Shown here in pieces: positions 8,817-18,710 of a stretch of 64,000 bases of DNA (positions are counted from its first letter, which is position 1; each line of letters begins with the position of its first letter). The DNA is from Candidatus Micrarchaeota archaeon. Its GTDB lineage: Archaea; Micrarchaeota; Micrarchaeia; Anstonellales; Bilamarchaeaceae. The stretch covers positions 48,989 through 112,988 of the forward strand of contig JBBSVN010000007.1 of the NCBI GenBank assembly GCA_038046765.1, written 5' to 3'. The position numbers and the translations under genes were made by a program. The notes beneath the pieces are model-generated. The model did no database searches. It worked only from the letters and a program-made list of their open reading frames with translations, and had not been told where the DNA came from.

Positions 8817-9539
8817 ATGAAAGAAATATCTATTCAAAGAACACCATCTGGAATTCCTGGACTTGACACTGTAACAAATGGCGGATTCATAAAAAATAGT
8901 GTAATCCTTGTTCGGGGCGGGACAGGTACTTGTAAAACTACGATGGCAACACAGTTTCTTGTAAACGGATCAAAAGAAGTAGACGAGAATAGCGCGTTTA
9001 TCAGTTTTTCCGAAACAAAAGAATCAGTATATGCTACAGCAAAGGGTTTTGGCTGGGATTTAGATAAACTTGAAAAACAAGGCAAATTTGCTTTTATAAA
9101 ATACTCTCCTTACGAAGTTGAAAAAGTTGTTGCTGAAGGCGGGGGTACAATAAGAGATACCATCGAGGAGATTGGTGCCAAGCGGCTTGTTATTGACTCC
9201 TTAACTGCATATTCATTGCTATTTCAGAATGAATACCGTGCGACAGAATCAATTTTGCAGTTATTTGATACTTTAAAATCTTGGGATTGTACTGTACTTG
9301 TTACTGACGAAATTGAAGTTCGTCCCCAATCAGTAAGCGCAGGCAGGCTAGGATTTCTTACAGATGGAATTATGAATACATATTACCTTCGAAGCGGAAA
9401 CGGGAGGGTCAGGGCTCTTGAAGTTCTAAAAATGCGGTACAGTACGCATTCTGATAAAATCGTACCATTTGAAATAAATAGTAAAGGTATCAGTGTTTAT
9501 CCAAACAAAAAAATAACGCTCCCGCTTATAACAAGGTAG
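8817..9539 (+). CDS. KaiC/RAD55-family ATPase heading the pilus locus
   Basis: PSGIPGLD..TNGG, Walker A GGTGTCKT, RLVIDSLT and LEVLKMR..H motifs. Confidence 0.88.
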   Translation: MKEISIQRTPSGIPGLDTVTNGGFIKNSVILVRGGTGTCKTTMATQFLVNGSKEVDENSAFISFSETKESVYATAKGFGWDLDKLEKQGKFAFIKYSPYEVEKVVAEGGGTIRDTIEEIGAKRLVIDSLTAYSLLFQNEYRATESILQLFDTLKSWDCTVLVTDEIEVRPQSVSAGRLGFLTDGIMNTYYLRSGNGRVRALEVLKMRYSTHSDKIVPFEINSKGISVYPNKKITLPLITR

Positions 9540-9543
9540 AAAA

Positions 9544-11529
9544 ATGGGAAAAGGTCAGGCATCTACGGAGTTTTTAGTTATTCTTGCGGTTGCACTTGTA
9601 ATTTTTCTTGCAATCGTAACTATTTCGCAAGATCAACTTACAAAAATAAATATTATAAAATCGCAAAAAACAGCACAAGCTACGGTCGATACGATTGCGG
9701 CAGCTGCCGATGATGTTTATTCGCAAGGTGTTGGCGCAAGAAAACGCGTTTTTGTCGAGTTTCCAGTCGGATATTCCTCAACAAATTCTTTTGTAAAAAA
9801 CCGGACCATTAATTTAAATTTTTTAGGCAGCGATGTTGCAGTTTCAACTAACTTTGATGTTTATGGTTCTTTACCTGCTTCTAGCGGTTCAACATGGGTT
9901 TGGGTAATTTCAGAGGGAAACATCGTAAGAATAGGGAATGTTAGTCTTCTTTTAAGCAGGAGTTCGATAAGTACTACTCTTTCAAGAAACACAACTAAAA
10001 ATGAAACTTTTTATGTTCAAAATGGCGGAAACGGGTCAATGACTGTTACGATAAGTCAAAACTGGCTTTCTACAAATGTAATCTTAGTAACAACTCCGTT
10101 TTCCTTTACACTGGATTCCGGTCAAAGTCAGCTTGTCACATTAACCTTTACCGCGGATAACGATGCGGTTGGAGTATACACTGGAAGTTTAGATGTTGTT
10201 GGTAGTTCAGGCGGGACAAATGAAACAGTAAACCTTCCAGTTGCTGCGAACGTAGTTATTGGAGGAACACAAGTTCCAAAGCTTACGATAACACCAAGTA
10301 CATGGAATGATAGTTTGTTACAAAATCAGTCGGTTCTAAAAGCATTTAATCTTTGTACTAATTCACAAACGAGTTTATCATATGTTAATTTTACTGCCAC
10401 TGGTTCAACTTCAGCTTGGTTAAGTAATCTTAATGCTTTAGGTGCGCTTGCAGCTAATACCTGTCAGATAGCAGTTTTCAATTTAACAATCCCTTCAAAT
10501 ACATTTTCTGGAAATTATAGCGGGACAATCACCGCGACTGGTTCAGACACCTCTGCAACAGATAATGTTGTTATGCAGATAAATGTTGGTGGAAATTTAA
10601 CTGATATACTTGGCCCTCTTGTAACAAATATTACAATTACGCCAACTAAACCATTTTACCAGGAACCACTTACCTTTAGGATAACGGGCGATGACTCGCA
10701 ACGAGGAAATAATACTATTGTCAGCTGCGAAACAAACCTGGATAACGGAACATGGTTTATTATGAATCCGGTTGATGGGGCCTACAGTTCGTCAGTTGAA
10801 AACGCATCTTATACTTATGCTTCACCATCTTTTGGCAGGCACACTGCTTATTTTAGGTGTACTGACTTTAGAAGTAATGTCGGGCCAACAGCGAGCTATG
10901 GATTTAAAATTATGAAAGAAATCCTGATGGTTACTAAAGATAATGGACTCGGCGGCGGTGAGCAGGATTGGAGGGATTGGATTACAAGCCATACTTCCGG
11001 TTTAGGATATATATGGAATTTTGATGCTATTGATCGAAACACTGTAAATGGGGGAGGTACCGATACGTCTCTATATAGTACTATTCTTATTGCTGATGAT
11101 GTAACTACTGGTGGTGCTGGCGCAAGTCTTGTTCCGATACTTATAAATTATGCGAGTAGTGGCGGGTACGTTGTAATTGTCGATAAGGGTGCTGAAAAAT
11201 CACCACACAATCTAGGATTAGCAACACAGGATGCAGATGATGAAGATGAGACCACGATTTATGTAGTTTCCAATGCTCACTATATTACAAGTGGTTATAC
11301 CGTTAATTCTGATTTGCAAATTTATACTGTTTCATCAAACAGATATTTGCAGCGAGGTTTTTCTGGATTTAAATTAGCAAACGACCAAAGCGGGAATACA
11401 GATAATGCTTTGGGTTATTCTGGAAATTATGTTATCTGGGGGGCTACAAAACCATACCGGTTTGTTACTGATGGAAATACTATCTCTACAAGAGTTTTTG
11501 ACTACGCAATAAACGGGTCGACAAAATGA
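9544..11529 (+). CDS. large pilin-like adhesin with class III signal peptide and Ig-like repeats
   Basis: MGKG|QASTEFLVILAVALVIFL; beta-rich, Thr/Ser/Asn-rich body with many N-x-S/T sequons. Confidence 0.8.
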   Translation: MGKGQASTEFLVILAVALVIFLAIVTISQDQLTKINIIKSQKTAQATVDTIAAAADDVYSQGVGARKRVFVEFPVGYSSTNSFVKNRTINLNFLGSDVAVSTNFDVYGSLPASSGSTWVWVISEGNIVRIGNVSLLLSRSSISTTLSRNTTKNETFYVQNGGNGSMTVTISQNWLSTNVILVTTPFSFTLDSGQSQLVTLTFTADNDAVGVYTGSLDVVGSSGGTNETVNLPVAANVVIGGTQVPKLTITPSTWNDSLLQNQSVLKAFNLCTNSQTSLSYVNFTATGSTSAWLSNLNALGALAANTCQIAVFNLTIPSNTFSGNYSGTITATGSDTSATDNVVMQINVGGNLTDILGPLVTNITITPTKPFYQEPLTFRITGDDSQRGNNTIVSCETNLDNGTWFIMNPVDGAYSSSVENASYTYASPSFGRHTAYFRCTDFRSNVGPTASYGFKIMKEILMVTKDNGLGGGEQDWRDWITSHTSGLGYIWNFDAIDRNTVNGGGTDTSLYSTILIADDVTTGGAGASLVPILINYASSGGYVVIVDKGAEKSPHNLGLATQDADDEDETTIYVVSNAHYITSGYTVNSDLQIYTVSSNRYLQRGFSGFKLANDQSGNTDNALGYSGNYVIWGATKPYRFVTDGNTISTRVFDYAINGSTK

Positions 11530-11930
11530 AAATGCCGGTTAAAATGTTTACAAAACGAGCTCAGGTTTCAGCAGAATTTTCAATCGTTCTTATCTACGTT
11601 TTAATGGTATTTTTCATAATTCTTTTCATATCTGTTTCACAAGAAAACGTTCTAAAGAGTATTAAAGATGATTACGAAGCAAGTGCAGTTGCAACAAAGC
11701 TTTCAAGTGTAATAAATAATATCTACCTAGCTGGTGATGGAGCACATGTAAATGTTTCAATTGCCTTAACTAGTGACTACAATATAACTGTACAAGATCG
11801 TTATCTGTCAGTACAAAAAGCATCTGCTATTATTGGAAAGACACTTTTAACAAATCGGACAAACTTTACTTCAATTAATACGAATTCATTTATAATAAAA
11901 AATATTCATGGTGTAATTAATGTCGGGTAA
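11526..11930 (+). CDS. minor pilin (class III signal peptide)
   Basis: KRA|QVSAEFSIVL followed by a hydrophobic helix; ATGA overlap with the upstream gene. Confidence 0.78.
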   Translation: MKMPVKMFTKRAQVSAEFSIVLIYVLMVFFIILFISVSQENVLKSIKDDYEASAVATKLSSVINNIYLAGDGAHVNVSIALTSDYNITVQDRYLSVQKASAIIGKTLLTNRTNFTSINTNSFIIKNIHGVINVG

Positions 11931-12414
11931 CTGTAAAAAAGGTCAAATCTGGTCGTTTGATTTGCTTTTTTCTTCTGTGACATTCATACTTATTATTGCC
12001 TTATTTATACTTACGTGGTCGGTATTTTCTGATAAGGCAAATGAGGAAAAAGAATATATCGAAATCTATCAGGCAGCCTATTTCGCTTCTGATTCTCTTT
12101 TATCTACAAGCTCTGATCCTCCTGGTTTTGAATATGGAAATGCAACTCCAAGTTCATTTAGCTTAGTAACTGAATCAAACGTTATTGATGATCTAAAATT
12201 GGATTACCTAAATTTAAGTAATTACAGCCTTGTAAAAAAAACACTTGGGCTTGCAAAATATGAATTTTATATTGACATTAGGGATTCAAGAGATCTAAAC
12301 AAAAGTCTTTTCTTATTTGGCAACTTAACAAATACAACGCAAAATATTGTTCTTGATCGCATAGTCATATATAATAAAAGTTTGGCTGTTTTTAAGTTCG
12401 GGGTAGTAAAATGA
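11920..12414 (+). CDS. minor pilin-like protein
   Basis: KKG|QIWSFDLL followed by a hydrophobic helix. Confidence 0.78.
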   Translation: MSGNCKKGQIWSFDLLFSSVTFILIIALFILTWSVFSDKANEEKEYIEIYQAAYFASDSLLSTSSDPPGFEYGNATPSSFSLVTESNVIDDLKLDYLNLSNYSLVKKTLGLAKYEFYIDIRDSRDLNKSLFLFGNLTNTTQNIVLDRIVIYNKSLAVFKFGVVK

Positions 12415-12833
12415 GCGGAAAAAAAACTTGCTTCAAGGGATTTGTCCTTACTATCGATGCTATAATGGCTCTACTATTTATGCTGGTGGCAATAGCCATA
12501 ATTTTTTCCTACAACCTCTCAGCCAAACAATTTGGTAAAGACATCTATCTAACCGAAGTTTCTTTTGACACTTTAAGTGTCCTGGAGAAACAGGGCTTAT
12601 TTGACAAGCTAATTACACTAGGAAATGACAGTGCAATTTTGGATGCATTAAGCCTTACTCCTGTATCAGTATGTACTGACTTAAAAATTATTCAATTACA
12701 AAATAATTCTGTCGTTTCAATAACTTCTGAAACTGGTTGTGGTAACTCAACGTCAGTTTATGCAATTTCAAGAAGGTCATTTATATCAAATAGTACTATA
12801 TATTTAGGAGAATTAAGGAGTTGGTACCGATGA
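12411..12833 (+). CDS. minor pilin-like protein
   Basis: KG|FVLTIDAIMAL followed by a hydrophobic helix. Confidence 0.75.
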   Translation: MSGKKTCFKGFVLTIDAIMALLFMLVAIAIIFSYNLSAKQFGKDIYLTEVSFDTLSVLEKQGLFDKLITLGNDSAILDALSLTPVSVCTDLKIIQLQNNSVVSITSETGCGNSTSVYAISRRSFISNSTIYLGELRSWYR

Positions 12834-13639
12834 AAGGTTTAATATTAAATATCGCTGCGCTTTCGCTGCTTTTACTTCTGATTTCCCTCTCTACTATACT
12901 TTTTTTAAACCTAAATGAAATTGACAGGGCGCTTCTGACAAACAGGAATGCTTACTATTCAAAATATTATTTTGACGATGTAAGAACAGATATTCTATCG
13001 CTAGTTTTTAATGCATCAGTCACATATTCGAATACATCTGTAAATGTTACTTTTAGTGAAACAGTACCCAAGCAAAATCTAACTCTTTTACTTACAACTT
13101 ACAAAAGTTTGCTTGAGAATAATTATGGAACGCTTGCTAACGCCAATTTTTCCTTAAACATTTCAGAATATACAAAAGGGGATTATACGCTTAAATTTTA
13201 TGGGTGGCTTTACAATGTTTCCTATGCTAACGATCGTATTTCTTTCTTAAGAAATTCTACGAGTGCTAATGATGTCCAAGGGTATGTTGTAAATATAACT
13301 AATAGCAAATCAAGAAAAACTTTTACTAACTTTGTACTTGAACCAACTGGAAGCATGAATCTTACTTTTCGTTACCAGGATCTAAATGGAACAATCGAAT
13401 TAGTTGGAAATATCAATCCTGCAATAAATAATACTGCCAGCATGGTCTATAGCGACAACTCCACCATAACAATAATTATTAATAACGATATCTTCTTACT
13501 TTCCTCTGAAAATGTAAGTTTTCCCGTTTCTTTTACAAGTTCGATGAAACCAAACCGGAATTTTTCAAAGACATTTACTGTTCCGCTTACTTTTAATTAT
13601 ACTCAATCTACGTTTAGTAAGTATAGCGAGCTTGACTAG
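12830..13639 (+). CDS. pilin-like secreted glycoprotein
   Basis: MKG|LILNIAALSLLLLL; ATGA overlap at 12830; very dense N-x-S/T sequons. Confidence 0.7.
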   Translation: MKGLILNIAALSLLLLLISLSTILFLNLNEIDRALLTNRNAYYSKYYFDDVRTDILSLVFNASVTYSNTSVNVTFSETVPKQNLTLLLTTYKSLLENNYGTLANANFSLNISEYTKGDYTLKFYGWLYNVSYANDRISFLRNSTSANDVQGYVVNITNSKSRKTFTNFVLEPTGSMNLTFRYQDLNGTIELVGNINPAINNTASMVYSDNSTITIIINNDIFLLSSENVSFPVSFTSSMKPNRNFSKTFTVPLTFNYTQSTFSKYSELD

Positions 13640-13693
13640 TTTGACTAGTTTAATTTCGGCAAATCACTAATCTTTATAAAATAAGTATGGAAA

Positions 13694-15442
13694 GTGAATT
13701 ATATGTTCATTGAAACTAAGATTGACTTGCTGCTAAAAACTTTATTAAAAAACAATTCTCTTGATTTTTTAGAAGCTTCCAAAACATTGTCTTGGGGTTC
13801 GGATGGTTTAGAAAAGTCCGCTCGTATTCTTGAAGATGCTAAAATAGTTGAAATAAAGTATTATCTTAATCCATTCCAGAAGCCTGCGATTTTTTTAAAG
13901 TCTAAGGAATTGGTTTTAAATCCGTCTTCAAGTGAAAATTCACCTAAAGAAAAAGAAAGGTATGATTTAAAACCCGAAGGCAAAACTCTAGCTACTGTAT
14001 CTATAAATTATTCTAACTCTGAAAAGCATCTCTTTTATGATATCAATATTGCAACAGTTTCTTATTACACCCAGCTTTATTTTAATGCAATAAAGGACGA
14101 ACTAGCCAGAACTTATCCGATACAACTAGCAGACATGGCACAAAACGATCTGCAGACTACGGTCATGTTAGAAAAAATATCAAAAAAAATTGCAGATGAT
14201 GGAGTTGCCAAATCTGATCAGGATATTGCACTTATTTCTGATGTTTTGATTCACCAGATGTTTGGGCTAGGGGTAATCGATTCACTTATGCAGGATGCAT
14301 GGCTTGAAGAAGTTATAATTAACACGGCTAAACTTCCAATTTCAGTTTATCATAGAAAATACGGCTGGCTTAAAACAAATCTTACGATAAAAACTGAAGA
14401 TGAAATACTTAATTATGCAACACAGATTGCACGAAAAGTTGGCAGAGAAGTTACAACATTAAATCCAATTCTTGATGCTCACTTAAAAGGCGGTGACCGT
14501 GTTAATGCCACGATTAAGCCGATCGCATCCAAGGGCCATAGTATAAATATCCGGATGTTCGCGCGTAATCCATGGACGATTATTTCGCTTATTGATGAAT
14601 CACAAAAATCAATGTCTGTTGAAATGGCTTCGTTGCTTTGGCAGGCAATGCAGTACGAAATGAATATTATGGTTGCGGGGGGCACTGCAAGTGGAAAAAC
14701 AAGTATGCTAAATGCTCTCGTTTCACTAATACAACCTTACCAGCGTGTTGTTACTATTGAAGACTCGCGCGAATTAAATCTCCCAAGTTATCAGTGGAAT
14801 TGGGTGCCTATGGTGACAAGAAGACCTAATCCGGAAGGCCTAGGCGAAGTTACTATGCTCGATTTACTTATCAATTCATTAAGAATGCGTCCGGACAGGA
14901 TTGTTCTAGGTGAAGTTAGAAAGAAGGAAGAAGCACAGGTTTTATTTGAAGCAATGCACACTGGACATAGTACGTACTCAACAATACATGCTGATACTGG
15001 TGAAGAAGTACTAAAACGTCTGATGCAACCCCCGTTTGAAGTTTCGCCTATTCTACTAGAAGATATAAATTTGATTGTTGCACAGTTTAGGGACAGGAGA
15101 AAAAATATAAGAAGGACACTACAAATTCTGGAAGTAAAAGAAGGCGAAAAAACCCCTGAAATAAACCATATTCATGTCTGGAGGCCTAGAAAAGATATAT
15201 TCCAGGCAGTAAATTCTCCAAGAAAATATATTGAGTCTCTTAATCTTCACACAGGTATGACTGAAAAAGAAATTAACCAGGATCAATTAGATAAAGGAGA
15301 AGTTCTTTCATGGATGCTAAAAAACGGTGTTTCTTCTGTAGAAGATGTCGGGAAGGTCATGAAGCTTTACTATGCTGAACCTGATTTTATTGTAAATTCT
15401 GCTAAGAAAAACCTTTTAGCAAAAAAGGTGCTTGAAGAATGA
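13694..15442 (+). CDS. type II/IV secretion (VirB11/TadA/ArlI-like) pilus assembly ATPase
   Basis: GGTASGKT, TIEDSRE, LRMRPDRIVLGEVR and AMHTGH..TIHA motifs; N-terminal wHTH-like extension. The start may be ATG 13703. Confidence 0.93.
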   Translation: MNYMFIETKIDLLLKTLLKNNSLDFLEASKTLSWGSDGLEKSARILEDAKIVEIKYYLNPFQKPAIFLKSKELVLNPSSSENSPKEKERYDLKPEGKTLATVSINYSNSEKHLFYDINIATVSYYTQLYFNAIKDELARTYPIQLADMAQNDLQTTVMLEKISKKIADDGVAKSDQDIALISDVLIHQMFGLGVIDSLMQDAWLEEVIINTAKLPISVYHRKYGWLKTNLTIKTEDEILNYATQIARKVGREVTTLNPILDAHLKGGDRVNATIKPIASKGHSINIRMFARNPWTIISLIDESQKSMSVEMASLLWQAMQYEMNIMVAGGTASGKTSMLNALVSLIQPYQRVVTIEDSRELNLPSYQWNWVPMVTRRPNPEGLGEVTMLDLLINSLRMRPDRIVLGEVRKKEEAQVLFEAMHTGHSTYSTIHADTGEEVLKRLMQPPFEVSPILLEDINLIVAQFRDRRKNIRRTLQILEVKEGEKTPEINHIHVWRPRKDIFQAVNSPRKYIESLNLHTGMTEKEINQDQLDKGEVLSWMLKNGVSSVEDVGKVMKLYYAEPDFIVNSAKKNLLAKKVLEE

Positions 15443-16332
15443 GCAAAGTTCGGATACCATTGCTGCTTTTTCCAAATTCCAGGAGGGTAATTCTTCTAAA
15501 AAATTATATCTACCCAGTTATTTCCTTCGTATCAAATATGGGGTCATTAAAGTATAATTTAATTTCAATAAATCACGAGCAGAGCCTGGATGATTACAGT
15601 TTGCATTCTATTTTTTCAGCAGCAGTTTGGGGGGTATTTTGTGCACTGTTTTCGCTAGGTCTTATGATGTTTCGTTCTTTTCCCCAGGAAAAGGCTATTT
15701 TAAGTTCCTTTGTTTTTGGAATTATTTTCTTTATGCTTTTTTTAATGCTTCATGTCATGTATCCTGGCATAATTGCAAAAAAATTGGGTGAGCGTTCCGA
15801 GCGCGATCTACTTTATGCGCTTCGTGATATGCTACTACAAATTGAAAGCGGAATTTCCTTATACGATTCAATGTATAATATTTCAATATCTGGTTATGGA
15901 TACTTGTCAAAGGAGTTTGAGCAGCCTATAAAAATGATGAATAGCGGAGTAAGTGAAAGGGAAGCTTTGCTTTACGTAAGTTTACATAGTAAAAGTGAAT
16001 ACTTAAGGAAAATAACCTGGCAAATTATCACATCATTGGAATCTGGTGCAAGCTTAACGGTGGCCCTTCGAAGTACCATGGCTTCTTTAGAAAATTCACA
16101 ACTAAGATCAATACGAAGTTATTCTTCGAGCCTGAATATGCTTATGTTAATCTATATGCTAAGCGCTGCAGCAATTCCGTCTTTAGGGGTAACTTTTCTA
16201 ACCATTTTATCCGCATTTAGTGGAGCAGGAATAGGAAATGAAACTTTTTTGCTTTTGTTTTTGTTTTCAGCAGCAGTACAGTTAATGTTAATTGGTTATA
16301 TTCAGGTATCCAGGCCAAATATCTATGATTAG
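15439..16332 (+). CDS. TadB/TadC (T2SSF)-family pilus platform protein
   Basis: ERDLLYALRDM...ESG, YG.LSKEF and TM segments; follows the ATPase. Confidence 0.85.
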   Translation: MSKVRIPLLLFPNSRRVILLKNYIYPVISFVSNMGSLKYNLISINHEQSLDDYSLHSIFSAAVWGVFCALFSLGLMMFRSFPQEKAILSSFVFGIIFFMLFLMLHVMYPGIIAKKLGERSERDLLYALRDMLLQIESGISLYDSMYNISISGYGYLSKEFEQPIKMMNSGVSEREALLYVSLHSKSEYLRKITWQIITSLESGASLTVALRSTMASLENSQLRSIRSYSSSLNMLMLIYMLSAAAIPSLGVTFLTILSAFSGAGIGNETFLLLFLFSAAVQLMLIGYIQVSRPNIYD

Positions 16333-16386
16333 ATAATCATCAAGTAATAATTAGATAATAATTAGTTAAATGTTTAGGTTATCTAT

Positions 16387-17415
16387 ATGAAAAAATTAAT
16401 TTATAAAAAATTATTCTCGGTTGTTCCAAAAAGCGTTTCACAAAGCGCATCCAAGATGCTAATAAAATCTGGTATAAAAGAAGATGTTAAAACCTGGGTC
16501 GGAAGGCGGGTTTTCTTATGCCTAATTTTATCTGTTTTGTTTTTGTTTCTATCTGTTTTATTTTTCAGTTCAATATTCCCTGCAAATTATAATGCTCTTG
16601 GTCCTAATGCCAATTTATTCGTACTTATTATATCTTTCCTTGGTTCTATTGCTTCTTTTGCACTGCTTGTTTTTATAAGTTATTTAATTTTACTTTATCG
16701 CGTTCATGAAAGGGCAAAACGTATTGAAAAGGTACTGCCTGATTTCTTATTGATGCTTGTTTCTAATCTAAGAGCAGGTATGACTCCTTATGAAGCTTTT
16801 ATAAAATCGGCACAGCCTGAATTTGCCCCCCTTGATTCTGAAATTCAGATTGCCGCTGCAAAAATGCTTGGAAGTGAATCATTGTCTGATGCATTAGAAG
16901 AACTAAGGAACAGGTTCGATTCTAAAATATTTGACCGGACATTTTTATTTTTTAATCGTGGTTTGAAATCCGGCGGTAAACTGGCTAAATTGCTTGAAGG
17001 CTGTGCTGAAGATATAAGAAAAATCGGAGATCTAAAAGCCGAATATCGTTCTTCTACAAAAAGTTATACTGTATTTCTTATTTTTATTTTAGTCTTTGTT
17101 ATGCCATTTTTACTTGCAATATCTTATCACTTCATTTTATTTTTTAGCAATATTCAGGCACAGCAAAGTGCAAACACGTCAATTACTCTATCCGTATTTA
17201 GCGGTAAAATAGGCATAACTAAAGATTTTATTGAAAGGATGAGTTTGATTATTCTGTTTGTTACTTCTCTATTAGTTTCCTCCCTGATAGGTTCAATATC
17301 TGAAGGTAAGCCTATTTATGGTATAAAATATTTCCCAGTTTTCTTCTTTTTAGGTACATTTGTGATGTATATTTCACGCGATGTTGTGGGAGCTTTCATA
17401 AAAGGATTTATATAA
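16387..17415 (+). CDS. second TadC (T2SSF)-family pilus platform protein
   Basis: IEKVLPDFLLMLVSNLRAGMTP, SGGKLAKLL and TM segments. Confidence 0.87.
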   Translation: MKKLIYKKLFSVVPKSVSQSASKMLIKSGIKEDVKTWVGRRVFLCLILSVLFLFLSVLFFSSIFPANYNALGPNANLFVLIISFLGSIASFALLVFISYLILLYRVHERAKRIEKVLPDFLLMLVSNLRAGMTPYEAFIKSAQPEFAPLDSEIQIAAAKMLGSESLSDALEELRNRFDSKIFDRTFLFFNRGLKSGGKLAKLLEGCAEDIRKIGDLKAEYRSSTKSYTVFLIFILVFVMPFLLAISYHFILFFSNIQAQQSANTSITLSVFSGKIGITKDFIERMSLIILFVTSLLVSSLIGSISEGKPIYGIKYFPVFFFLGTFVMYISRDVVGAFIKGFI

Positions 17416-17421
17416 CCACTT

Positions 17422-17437
17422 AAAAAACCTTTATAAA
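17422..17437 (+). promoter_or_regulatory. archaeal BRE/TATA promoter of the probable major pilin
   Basis: AAAAAACC-TTTATAAA, with AGGTGAT RBS at 17461 and ATG at 17472. Confidence 0.55.
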
Positions 17438-17471
17438 TTTATTTTGTATTGCTTAACTTAAGGTGATATTA

Positions 17472-17924
17472 ATGAAGAAGGCACAGCTTTCAACTGAGTA
17501 TTTAATCGTACTCGCAGTAGTTTTAGTATTAGTTTTAGTCGTAGTAGGTATTATGAGCGGATTCCCAAGTTTGGGTACACAGGCAAAGGAAAGTCAGTCT
17601 GTTTCGTATTGGTCAAGCGCGAGTCCTCTTTCAATTAAAACATATAAGGCCTCTGCAACTACTTTGGATTTAGTACTTGTAAATCGTTTATCTGAAAAAG
17701 TTACTTTAACAGGTGTAAGTTTAGGAACAGGTGCATCCGTATTTGGAACATCCACTGATTTTGGTCCTGGTGAAGAAAAACAGATTGCTGCAACATTAGC
17801 TAGTACATGCGGTGTTGTTGGAACACAGTTTGATTATGCAAACGTAACAATTACATATACTAAGGGAACAGTAAGCGGACTAAAAGAAGTCGGAACTGTC
17901 TCACTTGTTGGTAAGTGTTCATAA
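17472..17924 (+). CDS. probable major pilin (class III signal peptide)
   Basis: MKKA|QLSTEYLIVLAVVLVLVLVVVG; own promoter; two Cys; T-rich terminator-like tract after the stop. Confidence 0.85.
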   Translation: MKKAQLSTEYLIVLAVVLVLVLVVVGIMSGFPSLGTQAKESQSVSYWSSASPLSIKTYKASATTLDLVLVNRLSEKVTLTGVSLGTGASVFGTSTDFGPGEEKQIAATLASTCGVVGTQFDYANVTITYTKGTVSGLKEVGTVSLVGKCS

Positions 17925-18065
17925 GTTTATTTTTTCTTTTTTTCTTTATTTTTTTAATTAGTCCTAGGAAAATATTCTCAAATTATTTTCTACTTTTTGG
18001 TGGTACTAAGTTATTAATTGTTATTTTAGATAGGTTTTTAAATACGTGGTTATTAATATATAAAT

Positions 18066-18710
18066 ATGAAATTACAACTAGTTTCTCCAAAAAATCCAAT
18101 GAATAAACGTGCTTTAGACTTATTAAGGGAAGTATTAAGCAGAACCAAGTCAAAACCAGCTCCTGAGAATGTATCTACGGATGTCGCTAAAATTGAAGCT
18201 CGCATAAAAGATATTGAAACGCATGAGGGGAAATTTGGTGCACCCTTTGATGACATTTCTTTTCATGGGATGGATTTAAGTAAGTTAAATCTAAGTGCAT
18301 ATCGATTACATGGTACTAATCTAAGTAATGCTGATTTTAGAAATGCATTTTTGGTAGGTGTTACTCTTGATTATGTCGATTGTTGTTTTACTGATTTTAC
18401 TGGTGCTGATTTAAGAGGAGCAGACATACGTAAAGCATTTCCGTTAAACTCAATTTATGTGGGCACAGATTTACGAATACCACCTAGCTCAATTAAACTT
18501 TACACTGATAGCTATATTTTCGCTGTTCATACTTTTCTTATCAATTGTGCATTTCTTCATACAAAAATAACTCCAGAACAAAAAGAACTATTTATTAGAG
18601 TTACTTCTGGTGTTCTGCCTCCTCGTTTTTTTAACCAGGCGAGATTTCAAGTTGTTCCTTGGACAAACGAAGATCAGAAAGTTGTCGATTCCGCACGTTT
18701 TCTTATATAA
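18066..18710 (+). CDS. pentapeptide repeat protein
   Basis: MDLSK LNLSA...TNLSN ADFRN AFLVG...TDFTG ADLRG ADIRK. Confidence 0.8.
   Translation: MKLQLVSPKNPMNKRALDLLREVLSRTKSKPAPENVSTDVAKIEARIKDIETHEGKFGAPFDDISFHGMDLSKLNLSAYRLHGTNLSNADFRNAFLVGVTLDYVDCCFTDFTGADLRGADIRKAFPLNSIYVGTDLRIPPSSIKLYTDSYIFAVHTFLINCAFLHTKITPEQKELFIRVTSGVLPPRFFNQARFQVVPWTNEDQKVVDSARFLI

Noticed and set aside
13632..13650. Short tandem duplications (TTGACTAGT x2; also GCTCACTGCT x2 near 8732-8761)
   Set aside because: Only two short copies each, with no spacer array or IS ends; not CRISPR or a supported target-site duplication.
8817..17924. Archaellum operon or circadian clock
   Set aside because: No archaellin or ArlF/G-type genes and no KaiA/KaiB; two separate platform genes indicate a pilus.
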